Of a stretch of 53,717 nucleotides of DNA, positions 1 through 7,598 are shown piece by piece. The translations under genes and the position numbers were made by a program. This DNA is from a virus (Duplodnaviria > Caudoviricetes). Every line of letters begins with the position of its first letter. Positions within the stretch are counted from its first letter, which is position 1. The notes under the pieces are model-generated. The model was not told the DNA's origin. It ran no database searches and saw nothing but the letters and a program-made list of their open reading frames with translations. The DNA lies in IMG/VR virus record IMGVR_UViG_3300012942_000055, positions 1-53,717 of that record; one strand, written 5' to 3'.

Positions 1-161
1 ACGTGCCAGACGTGCGTGCCCTTGGCAACCAGTTCCTCGCCCTTGGCAACCGAGATGTAAACGTTGGTGGGGTAGAAGTCCCAGCCTCGCGTTTCCTTGT
101 AGAAGTGTCCACGCTCCCAGTCGTAGTAGATGACCGTGGGCTTCGACGTGGCGCTGGACAT
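1..161 (-). CDS. Small hypothetical protein, truncated at window edge (MSSATSKPTVIYYDWERGHFYKETRGWDFYPTNVYISVAKGEELVAKGTHVWH...)
   Basis: Not in the ORF track. ATG at 161 (minus) with a GGAGG Shine-Dalgarno 5 nt upstream, open to position 1, directly downstream of the minus-strand promoter at 209-237. Confidence 0.7.
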   Translation of the reverse strand, partial: MSSATSKPTVIYYDWERGHFYKETRGWDFYPTNVYISVAKGEELVAKGTHVWH

Positions 162-194
162 GAGAACCTCCGAGGGTCCGAGGGCGGCGGGTCC

Positions 195-228
195 GCCCTG
201 ATGACTAAAGACTATGGGAGGGGCCGGG
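195..228. repeat. 34-bp direct repeat, copy 1 (GCCCTGATGACTAAAGACTATGGGAGGGGCCGGG)
   Basis: Identical to 426-459; both copies are followed by TGTCAAC within 2-3 nt. Confidence 0.95.
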
Positions 229-237
229 GGCTGTCAA
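209..237 (-). promoter_or_regulatory. SigA/sigma70-type leftward promoter TTGACA-N17-TAGTCT
   Basis: Minus strand: TTGACA (237-232), 17-nt spacer, TAGTCT (214-209), upstream of the ORF starting at 161. Confidence 0.75.
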
Positions 238-256
238 CCCCGGACCGGGTGAAAGA

Positions 257-391
257 TCAGCCCCGCGCGACGCGAGCAGCGAAGTGACGACGCGACTCGA
301 AGAGGCGACGCTTGAAGGTCTTCGTGGTGATGCTCGACAGGGCGAGGGCGTGAAGGTCAGTGACAGTCTGGGCGCTGAGGCTGGTGTTCAT
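257..391 (-). CDS. 44-aa basic hypothetical protein (MNTSLSAQTVTDLHALALSSITTKTFKRRLFESRRHFAARVARG)
   Basis: Not in the ORF track. ATG at 391 with a GGGAG SD just upstream, TGA at 259-257, downstream of the second copy of the promoter repeat. Confidence 0.65.
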   Translation of the reverse strand: MNTSLSAQTVTDLHALALSSITTKTFKRRLFESRRHFAARVARG

Positions 392-425
392 TGTGACTCC
401 CTCATCTGGTGGGCTGTTGTGTCCT

Positions 426-459
426 GCCCTGATGACTAAAGACTATGGGAGGGGCCGGG
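426..459. repeat. 34-bp direct repeat, copy 2
   Basis: Identical to 195-228. Confidence 0.95.
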
Positions 460-467
460 CGTGTCAA
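440..467 (-). promoter_or_regulatory. SigA-type leftward promoter TTGACA-N16-TAGTCT
   Basis: Minus strand TTGACA (467-462), 16-nt spacer, TAGTCT (445-440). Confidence 0.65.
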
Positions 468-580
468 CTCCCCAGAGGGTGAAGCCTGATACCTACTTAG
501 AGCGCGCGCACGGGCGCACGCGCGCGTCTATCAGACACACGCGCGCGTGTCAAGTGCACAGGCTGGCCGCTGGCGCGCCT

Positions 581-606
581 GACAAATCCGACATGTCGGA
601 TTTGTC
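581..606. repeat. Perfect 26-bp palindrome GACAAATCCGACATGTCGGATTTGTC
   Basis: Left 13 nt are the exact reverse complement of the right 13 nt; lies in the non-coding gap between divergent promoters. Confidence 0.95.
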
Positions 607-712
607 CGGTATGGGCATTGCGGGCGTTTTTGAAAAACTTTTCGGGGGCCGCGCTGGGGACATGCACAACCGCCTCTACAAAATTTGGAAAAAATAACAT
701 TGGGTATCGCAC

Positions 713-741
713 TTGACACAACTTGTAAAGTACGTTAGACT
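713..741 (+). promoter_or_regulatory. SigA-type promoter TTGACA-N17-TAGACT, probably giving a leaderless mRNA
   Basis: TTGACA 713-718, TAGACT 736-741, ATG at 748 only 6 nt after the -10 with no SD. Confidence 0.75.
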
Positions 742-747
742 GAACCC

Positions 748-1572
748 ATGATCAACGAACAGCACCCCACCAAGATCGCTTTCGTGGGCGATGTGCATGG
801 GCAGACTGCTCAAATGCTCCACGCCTGCGTAACTGCGCACAACCACGGAGCAACCCACATTCTCCAACTCGGAGACTTCGGTATCTGGGATAAGGACACA
901 GAATTTCTCAACACCGTCAATAAGTACCTGCAAGACAATGCTATGCAACTCTACTTCATCGACGGTAACCACGAGAACTTCCCACGTCTGTACGCACATC
1001 CTCTAGCGGAGGATGGTACACGCTCCGTACGTACCAACATTCACCACCTCCCCCGAGGTTTCGTATTCACCTGGGACGACTTCACATTCATGGCAATGGG
1101 TGGAGCCTATTCGATTGATCGTAGGTTCAGAACGCTCAACCGTGATTTTTGGACCGAGGAATTGATTACCGACAACGATATTGCCACTGCCCGCGCAAAT
1201 GCCAAGGGCCGTGTCATTGACGTTCTTCTCACGCACGACTCCCCAGCAGGAGCACCAAACTCCATTACGGATGACCTAGCCAGCCAAGCAAAGGCAGCCT
1301 GGTTCTTCGGGGAAAACCATCTCGAAGGTTGCAACGAGCATCGCGAGCGTCTTCGCCTTGTAGCCCAAGCGGCTGACCCTGCGTTCATCGCGCATGGACA
1401 CTACCACAAGTACATGAGCGGTGTATACACGCAGCCTTCGGGCAAAAAGACCGTAGTTCTTGGTCTCGATGAAGGCACAGCAGCAACGTTCCGCTACATC
1501 TGGGTAACGACAATCGATGAACTCAAGGTCTATCGGCCAAAGGCCCAAAGACTAGCCGAGAGAAGCGCTTGA
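748..1572 (+). CDS. Calcineurin-like metallophosphoesterase
   Basis: Motifs GDVHG, LGDFG, DGNHE, LLTHD and HGHYH in canonical order. Confidence 0.92.
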   Translation: MINEQHPTKIAFVGDVHGQTAQMLHACVTAHNHGATHILQLGDFGIWDKDTEFLNTVNKYLQDNAMQLYFIDGNHENFPRLYAHPLAEDGTRSVRTNIHHLPRGFVFTWDDFTFMAMGGAYSIDRRFRTLNRDFWTEELITDNDIATARANAKGRVIDVLLTHDSPAGAPNSITDDLASQAKAAWFFGENHLEGCNEHRERLRLVAQAADPAFIAHGHYHKYMSGVYTQPSGKKTVVLGLDEGTAATFRYIWVTTIDELKVYRPKAQRLAERSA

Positions 1573-1597
1573 CACCGACCTGCGCATGTTGTATGCT
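1569..1597 (+). promoter_or_regulatory. SigA-type promoter TTGACA-N17-TATGCT
   Basis: TTGACA 1569-1574, TATGCT 1592-1597, upstream of the ORF at 1622. Confidence 0.7.
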
Positions 1598-1621
1598 TAG
1601 CCTGACAAGACAGGAAACAAC

Positions 1622-1876
1622 ATGCGCAGGTCACTTCTCTTTTTCGTAGTCGCAATTACCATACTCATCGGTAACTTGATCGACCTATTCTTCAATAACT
1701 TACACGACCCAGTAGGCAACATCGTCGCCGCGTCCGTGGCAATTATCGTCGCTGCGTGGCTTCTTGAGCATATGTGGCGCACCCCTGACCGTAATTTCGT
1801 TCCGCTCAGCAAAGTCAAGAAGTACCTGCCAGAAGAACTCATTAAAGACTTTAAAAAGAAGGGACCCTTCCAATAA
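1622..1876 (+). CDS. Small membrane protein (2 predicted TM helices)
   Basis: Two hydrophobic stretches, AGGA SD, stop overlaps the next start. Confidence 0.75.
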   Translation: MRRSLLFFVVAITILIGNLIDLFFNNLHDPVGNIVAASVAIIVAAWLLEHMWRTPDRNFVPLSKVKKYLPEELIKDFKKKGPFQ

Positions 1877-2712
1877 TGGGACTTGACATTTCACTACAAG
1901 TTGCAGCCACCGCCCGTCTAGAGCGTCTACGCTATAAAGTAGAAGACGAGTGGTACGAGAACATCCCAGACAACGGAGACCTCAGTTACGAAGAGCGCAA
2001 GAGTCTACGTGACTCCTACATCGCTGATCGCATCCCCGCCGATATTCGTGCAGCCGCAGACAATGCTCAGCCCTTCGAACCTGTCTCCAAGGTAGACACG
2101 GAGCACATCAACACGCCCACCTACCTACGTTCTTCGTACAACGAAAGCGGATTTGACAGTGTTGTGCCACGCCGCCTCAATGACGAATACGCCACATACG
2201 AAGGAATCTTTGGCGGCATTGCCTGGAAAGACGCGGACGGAAATCCGACAGACGAAGGATACCCAGGAGGCTTCCTCAACAAAGACGACATTCCCGCTCT
2301 GCGTGTAGTACAGGGTCGTGCACTTGAAGTGGCGAAGCGTCTAGAGGATGCTGACCCCTACGACGTAACTTTCGTCGGAGCCAACCCATTCGCTGACAAG
2401 TCAACCCTTCCAAAGAGTGCAACCGAAGCCTTGCAAGTCTTCCGCGACCAGGCGGAAAAGACCAAAGGCAAAGACGCACCATACAACTACTCCACTTCAA
2501 GCGGACACTTCTTTGAACAAGAAGCGCTCACCATCGTTGCAGCCATCCCAGGCGCAGAGCATTTCCGGGAGCAAGGCGTCTACCTCGTCTTTGAGCGAGA
2601 CAAGGACGATGACTTCTACTTCAAGGCTGCCCTTATTGCTGCCGAGTTTGCCCAGGCTACCATGAACCTCATTGAGCGTGACGGAGAGGCATACGTCTCG
2701 TGGTCAGGCTGA
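1876..2712 (+). CDS. Hypothetical protein (278 aa)
   Basis: Long ORF translationally coupled (TAATG) to the upstream gene. Confidence 0.8.
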   Translation: MGLDISLQVAATARLERLRYKVEDEWYENIPDNGDLSYEERKSLRDSYIADRIPADIRAAADNAQPFEPVSKVDTEHINTPTYLRSSYNESGFDSVVPRRLNDEYATYEGIFGGIAWKDADGNPTDEGYPGGFLNKDDIPALRVVQGRALEVAKRLEDADPYDVTFVGANPFADKSTLPKSATEALQVFRDQAEKTKGKDAPYNYSTSSGHFFEQEALTIVAAIPGAEHFREQGVYLVFERDKDDDFYFKAALIAAEFAQATMNLIERDGEAYVSWSG

Positions 2713-3002
2713 GGTTACTAGAGGATATCAAAGAACTTGCCTCGTACCGCAAATACGAAGTGCAAACTTCTGTCATCCCTAAACACAATTGGAAAACGGG
2801 TCTTACTACATACCGATGCATTGGTGTTGGCAAGACCCTGCCCCACTGGTGGGAACGTATCTCAGGTTCATATCAAACCACAGAATTCCGCTTCGAACAC
2901 ACCTACGAAGGTCCACCCACCGAAGAAGAATTCATTCGAGCACGTGAACTTGCCGAATATAAGGTAGACCTAGAAATGCTAAGCAGAGGACATTACAGAT
3001 GA
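2700..3002 (+). CDS. Hypothetical protein
   Basis: Fills the operon gap; GAGG upstream; ATGA overlap with the next gene. Confidence 0.6.
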   Translation: MVRLRLLEDIKELASYRKYEVQTSVIPKHNWKTGLTTYRCIGVGKTLPHWWERISGSYQTTEFRFEHTYEGPPTEEEFIRARELAEYKVDLEMLSRGHYR

Positions 3003-3253
3003 CAAAGCCACCACCACGTCTCGGAATCAATGACTTCCTCATCTACGCCTGGGAAATTACCGAGGGCTGGGGATTCGACTTTGATATGGTCTCAGACCAG
3101 TGGTGGGGACTGCGTTTCGAATGCTTGTGTAGCATCTGTGACCCCAAGCACACCGAGCACGGCAAAATCTTTTACCAAACCTCCGTAGGGCCTCTTGACG
3201 TAGAGGAAACCTTGTACAAACTACAACAAAAACTGAAAGACGAACACGAATGA
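2999..3253 (+). CDS. Hypothetical protein with Cys cluster (CLCSIC)
   Basis: ATGA overlaps on both sides. Confidence 0.65.
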   Translation: MTKPPPRLGINDFLIYAWEITEGWGFDFDMVSDQWWGLRFECLCSICDPKHTEHGKIFYQTSVGPLDVEETLYKLQQKLKDEHE

Positions 3254-3924
3254 CAGAGCCTACTTATTTTTCTTACCTTCAAGACGAGATTGACACTTTC
3301 CTTCCCGAGAATCACGGGGTAGAACTGTCAGGATATGTGAAGGATGGCATACATTTCTATACAGTTGCAGTTTTTGATCACAACAACAGCACTGAGCACG
3401 AGACACACATTGCATTCCCCGCAGATGCAGTAGAATCTGCATATGACCCAGAACAATACTTGCGAGAAATTCTAGCCTACTATCTCCGCCCGCTCCGTGC
3501 AAAAGTTATTGCAGCGCAAAAACCAGACCTCGCTACCCAACTCGTCACAGAGTTCCACGAAACATATAACCAACCCGTACGCACCACCCCTACCCTGGAC
3601 GTTCCGGAGAAACGTCTGAGGCTGGCCCTTATTGAAGAGGAAGTCCGAGAACTGCGAGACGCGATCCTTTGGGACGACCTCACAGAAGTCTACGACGCAC
3701 TTCTTGATATCATTTGGGTGTGCCACGGTGCACTACTAACTTTCGGCCTTCCGTTCCGCGAAGGTATCGAAGAGGTTGCCCGCTCCAACCGATCAAAACT
3801 CGGGGAAGACGGAAAGCCTATTTACCGGGAAAGTGACGGTAAAGTCCTCAAAGGCCCCGGCTTCTTCCCACCTGATCTAAAAGGAATCATTGATGCCACA
3901 CAGAAAACTACAGGGCGCGGCTGA
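3250..3924 (+). CDS. MazG-like / PRA-PH-type nucleotide pyrophosphohydrolase with N-terminal extension
   Basis: C-terminal half has LIEEEVREL..EVYDALLDIIWV..SNRSK..DGKVLKGP, typical of all-alpha NTP pyrophosphohydrolases. Confidence 0.85.
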   Translation: MTEPTYFSYLQDEIDTFLPENHGVELSGYVKDGIHFYTVAVFDHNNSTEHETHIAFPADAVESAYDPEQYLREILAYYLRPLRAKVIAAQKPDLATQLVTEFHETYNQPVRTTPTLDVPEKRLRLALIEEEVRELRDAILWDDLTEVYDALLDIIWVCHGALLTFGLPFREGIEEVARSNRSKLGEDGKPIYRESDGKVLKGPGFFPPDLKGIIDATQKTTGRG

Positions 3925-4246
3925 CAAAATCGGCGTGGTCCTCGCAAGCGCCTCTCCCTCACCGTGGAAACTCAACACGAGGAACGGAGAGGTCACTTCG
4001 GCTGACGGCCACACCATCGTCCAGCCTCACTACTTGAAAAAATCCCAAGGACTCATCGATTCTGAGTACGTAGCCTTGCTCCAACCAGACGTTGCCACAG
4101 CGCTATATCGTCTGCTAGACTCGCAGGCAGACTTGCACAAGATGAACATTGAAAAGTGTTTCTACTGCAACAAGGACAACAACCCACTAGACTTGCCCTG
4201 TCCAGCACTTGAGTTGGCTGATGCAATTCTGAACTCTACGTATTGA
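3890..4246 (+). CDS. Hypothetical protein (SPSPW motif, C-terminal Cys motifs)
   Basis: Co-oriented ORF filling the gap; start codon uncertain. Confidence 0.6.
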   Translation: MMPHRKLQGAADKIGVVLASASPSPWKLNTRNGEVTSADGHTIVQPHYLKKSQGLIDSEYVALLQPDVATALYRLLDSQADLHKMNIEKCFYCNKDNNPLDLPCPALELADAILNSTY

Positions 4247-4302
4247 GGTATACTGTACTATACTCCAACACAGCGAAGGAGTAAACAAGCAAAGGGACCG
4301 AA

Positions 4303-4818
4303 ATGACAAAACCACTAGCGCAACTACCTCAAGAAACTGTAGATACGCTCTTAGACTTAAAGACAAACAACAGAACGGAGTTTTTGCTGTTTGTCTTGAA
4401 TCTACGTGCAGCCAACTGGCCTCTGCGCGCAATCGCAGAGCCTTTTGGCGTTTCTAGGGCAGCAGCAAGTCTCTGGGTGAAGCAGGGGCAGAAGTTGCAA
4501 AGTGACGGCGTAGCCGCCACTTTACAACTTACCGTCCCCCCAATTCCAGTGACAACATACGGGCAAAAATACAAGCCCGTAAAAGTAACTCCGAATGTCA
4601 AGAAGTCTGACGTAGAATATATGCGTAACCTTTTCAGCGAAGCCAAAAAGGTGACACGTTGGTCAGACCCATCCTCTCCGGAGAAGATTGCAGCATCGAA
4701 ACTCGAAGAACTCATTCTTTACTACACTCAGCAAAGAAAAGTTCCAGTAGCAACGATTGCAAATCACCTCGGAGTTACAAGACGAGCAATTGCTCAAAGA
4801 ATAGAAAAGTATAAGTAA
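4303..4818 (+). CDS. DNA-binding protein with two helix-turn-helix motifs
   Basis: WPLRAIAEPFGVSRAAASLW and VPVATIANHLGVTRRAIAQRI both fit the HTH pattern. Confidence 0.75.
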   Translation: MTKPLAQLPQETVDTLLDLKTNNRTEFLLFVLNLRAANWPLRAIAEPFGVSRAAASLWVKQGQKLQSDGVAATLQLTVPPIPVTTYGQKYKPVKVTPNVKKSDVEYMRNLFSEAKKVTRWSDPSSPEKIAASKLEELILYYTQQRKVPVATIANHLGVTRRAIAQRIEKYK

Positions 4819-4819
4819 G

Positions 4820-5050
4820 ATGCAACCTCAAAACGCATACGCGCTCATCTGGTTCGAAGGAGATACCCCGTATCTACTTGCAGACCACAAAGGAAAGACA
4901 GTCCTGTTCTCCGAGCAGGACGCACTGTCTCACGCCACATCTGCGCTAAAAACGCAAGATGACGTGGACAACGCAGAAGATGATTTGCGCTACGCTATCG
5001 CAACCGAATTGCTAGAGGAACTTTACGGCTGGGAGGCACCCACCGCATGA
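4820..5050 (+). CDS. Hypothetical protein
   Basis: Tightly packed co-oriented ORF. Confidence 0.65.
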   Translation: MQPQNAYALIWFEGDTPYLLADHKGKTVLFSEQDALSHATSALKTQDDVDNAEDDLRYAIATELLEELYGWEAPTA

Positions 5051-5403
5051 GTGCCCCCACATTTGACGTTCCAGCAGCACAATTCATCAGACTTGATCTT
5101 TTCCCTGCACTGCTTCACGGCACTGGCATCCCCGGAGCCGATGCAAACGGAGTGTTGGATGGAAAGCGAGTCATTGTCACGGATTCCTACATTCTGATGT
5201 TCTCCGATACGCAAACTGGCCCACAACTTGTGTGGTCGGATGCATTGGTTGACATTGAGGGCAGGAACACGATAGGATGGACTATCACCACAGAAAGCGG
5301 CGCAAACTTCCTTGTTCGTCGCTCTACAGGCTGTGGTTGTGGCTCCAAACTTCGTGGGATATTCCCATACCCAGGAGTTCCTTACAAGCCACAAAGTGAC
5401 TGA
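5047..5403 (+). CDS. Hypothetical protein (C-terminal GCGCGSKL)
   Basis: GGAGG SD and ATGA overlap. Confidence 0.75.
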   Translation: MSAPTFDVPAAQFIRLDLFPALLHGTGIPGADANGVLDGKRVIVTDSYILMFSDTQTGPQLVWSDALVDIEGRNTIGWTITTESGANFLVRRSTGCGCGSKLRGIFPYPGVPYKPQSD

Positions 5404-5423
5404 TTAGCGAAAGGAAAGACGTA

Positions 5424-5666
5424 ATGACACCCATCCCCACCGAAGGTTGGTGGCCGCAGGCAGCAGAGCAGAGTGCTCCCGAAGAGCCAGCACAGACTTC
5501 CGTTTCCGGATTCAAGTGCACGATCTGCTCTGAGCCTGCTACCTACTTTGTCGCAGGTACAACCTCCTGCCAAACACACGTTGATGCTGTTCTTGCGTCC
5601 GTGTCCCCACAACTAGCCAAAGAAAGAGAAAATGCCAAACCAGACCTCCACGTACCGTCCTTCTGA
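5424..5666 (+). CDS. Small putative Zn-binding protein (CxxC...CxxH)
   Basis: AAGGA SD; CTIC and CQTH motifs. Confidence 0.6.
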   Translation: MTPIPTEGWWPQAAEQSAPEEPAQTSVSGFKCTICSEPATYFVAGTTSCQTHVDAVLASVSPQLAKERENAKPDLHVPSF

Positions 5667-5952
5667 GGCCGTAATAGATGTTGCTGCTACCGCTCGACTT
5701 ACCCGTCTGGTAATTGAGGACGAGATTACCCGAGAGTTGCGCGAAAAGGCATTTCTCGCTCTTCAAAAGATCGACCACCCCATTTCAGCAAAACTGCAAT
5801 ATTTGCTCACATGTCCGTGGTGTGTAAGCATATACGCGGGAGCGGCACTACTCACATTACGTGTCATTTCCCCATCTACTGCTAAAATAGTCAATACAGC
5901 CCTTGCAGCCAGCCAAGTAACGGGTATGGCAGCAGAAAAGTACGGTCTGTAG
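5632..5952 (+). CDS. DUF1360-like membrane protein
   Basis: RLTRLVIEDEIT and LLTCPWCVSIY motifs; immediately upstream of the portal gene. Confidence 0.75.
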   Translation: MPNQTSTYRPSEAVIDVAATARLTRLVIEDEITRELREKAFLALQKIDHPISAKLQYLLTCPWCVSIYAGAALLTLRVISPSTAKIVNTALAASQVTGMAAEKYGL

Positions 5953-5984
5953 TATACTAGAGCGCAGACAAGATAGGAATTTTT

Positions 5985-7595
5985 GTGAGCATTTTCAGTC
6001 GCCCTGTGCCTAGGGATGAGAACAACGATATAGTTGCTTCCCCCTATCGCGCACCACGATCCCTCACCGCAGCAGCCGTGAGAGTTGATCTAAACAACAA
6101 AACAGAAGTTGCTGCGCTCAAGGATCGCCGCCAAGAAGATAAATGGCAGGATGACGCTTGGGATTACTACGACCTCATTGGTGAGGTTAAGTACGCCGCA
6201 GGGCTTATTGCAAATGTCACCTCGCAGGTGCGTCTATACCCAGGATACGTCTTGGATGACGCATCTGCCCCTTCACACCTCAAAGATGTAAAAGACCTAC
6301 CCGAAGACATTAAAAATGCAGCATACTCTACTATTCGCCTCCTTGGCACGGGTAACGGAGGAATCCCAGGATTGCTCAACGACGCTGCACTCAACCTCTT
6401 CATCGCCGGAGAATGTTACCTCGTTCAAGAGCCAGCCTCTTTTGCGACGGGAACCGGAGAGAAGTGGTCTATTCGCTCTGTGGACGAGGTAGTCACCACC
6501 GCAGCAGGCCGTGGGAAGTCCTCAGTGTCCCTCAGGACGCGCCGAAACGCCAAGCCTGACCAGATGAAGCAACTGCCCAACACGGCCTACCTAGGGCGAA
6601 TCTGGCGCATGCACCCACGCTACTCGGATGAGGCTGACTCTTCGATGCGCGGACTACTTGAACTTATGGACGAACTCTTGCTTCTCAACAAGAGCGCCCG
6701 TAAAACTCTCAAGTCCCGCCTTAACGCCGGTATTCTTTACCTCCCAGACGACCTTTCCAACATTGCACAGTCCGACGGAGACACTGACGGCTCACAAGAC
6801 ACCTATGCCGAGGACTCAGACGACAACACAGATTCCTTCGAAGAAGAGTTGATTCAGGCAGCAATCACGCCAATCTCGGACGAAGGCTCCGCGTCTGCCG
6901 TTGTTCCGCTCATTGTTCGCGGTCCAGCCGATCTAGCAGACAAAATCAAGCACATTACGTTCGAGCAGACCTTTGACCCACAGCACACAGAACGTGCCGA
7001 CAAGGTTATGGACCGTATTCTTGCTGGTCTAGAGATTCCAAAGGACATTGTTGCTGGAATTGGTGACGCAAAGTACGCCAACGCTGTGCAAATCGAAGAA
7101 TCACTGTACAAGAGCCACATTGAGCCAATGATTTTGCTTATTGTTGACTCTCTTACCACGGTATTCCTCAAGCCAGTGCTCCGCGCGATGGGCTACGACG
7201 AAGATTTGATCGCCAACATCGTCATCTGGTATGATCCTAGCGCGATCACTACCAAGCCTTCCAAGTCTGAGTCAGCATCTGAGGGGTATGACAAGAAGAT
7301 CATCTCCGCAGAAGCATGGCGCAGGACTCACGGATTTGCTGAATCTGACGCACCTACCTCAGTCGAGGTTGCCCAGAGGATCGCAGTAGACCGAGGAATG
7401 CTCTCTGAGCCAATTACAGAGGCTCTATTCCAACTTCTCATCCCAGAACTTATGGACCGAGTACGCCAGCAGGCAATTCAACAATCGCCTTCTGGACAAT
7501 CTCTCGATCAAGTTCTCGATAACAACCAACCACAAGATACGACTCAAGATAACGCTGCGCAGGAGCAGCCACCGACTCAACTATTGGAGCCATAA
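5985..7595 (+). CDS. Portal protein
   Basis: 536 aa, first gene of the head module; WQDDAWDYYDLIGEVKY, RIWRMHPR and AVVPLIVRGP resemble actinophage portals. Confidence 0.8.
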   Translation: MSIFSRPVPRDENNDIVASPYRAPRSLTAAAVRVDLNNKTEVAALKDRRQEDKWQDDAWDYYDLIGEVKYAAGLIANVTSQVRLYPGYVLDDASAPSHLKDVKDLPEDIKNAAYSTIRLLGTGNGGIPGLLNDAALNLFIAGECYLVQEPASFATGTGEKWSIRSVDEVVTTAAGRGKSSVSLRTRRNAKPDQMKQLPNTAYLGRIWRMHPRYSDEADSSMRGLLELMDELLLLNKSARKTLKSRLNAGILYLPDDLSNIAQSDGDTDGSQDTYAEDSDDNTDSFEEELIQAAITPISDEGSASAVVPLIVRGPADLADKIKHITFEQTFDPQHTERADKVMDRILAGLEIPKDIVAGIGDAKYANAVQIEESLYKSHIEPMILLIVDSLTTVFLKPVLRAMGYDEDLIANIVIWYDPSAITTKPSKSESASEGYDKKIISAEAWRRTHGFAESDAPTSVEVAQRIAVDRGMLSEPITEALFQLLIPELMDRVRQQAIQQSPSGQSLDQVLDNNQPQDTTQDNAAQEQPPTQLLEP

Positions 7596-7598
7596 TAG

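Noticed and set aside
198-260. Hammerhead ribozyme suggested by CTGATGA...GAAA
   Set aside because: No stem II pairing between the base after CTGATGA and the base before GAAA, and the second copy lacks GAAA.
195-459. 34-bp repeats as a CRISPR array
   Set aside because: Only two copies ~200 bp apart, with an ORF between them and promoter consensus inside; the only Cas-like gene is a stand-alone Cas4-type nuclease in the recombination block.
525-553. Third leftward promoter (TTGACA at 553-548)
   Set aside because: The -10 at 17-nt spacing is TAGACG, lacking the conserved final T, and there is no clear ORF directly downstream.
3-721. ORF-track entries 3..287(+), 461..697(+), 497..721(-), 531..719(-)
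   Set aside because: They run through promoter repeats and palindromes and lack SD sites; the minus-strand micro-ORFs with promoter and SD explain the region better.
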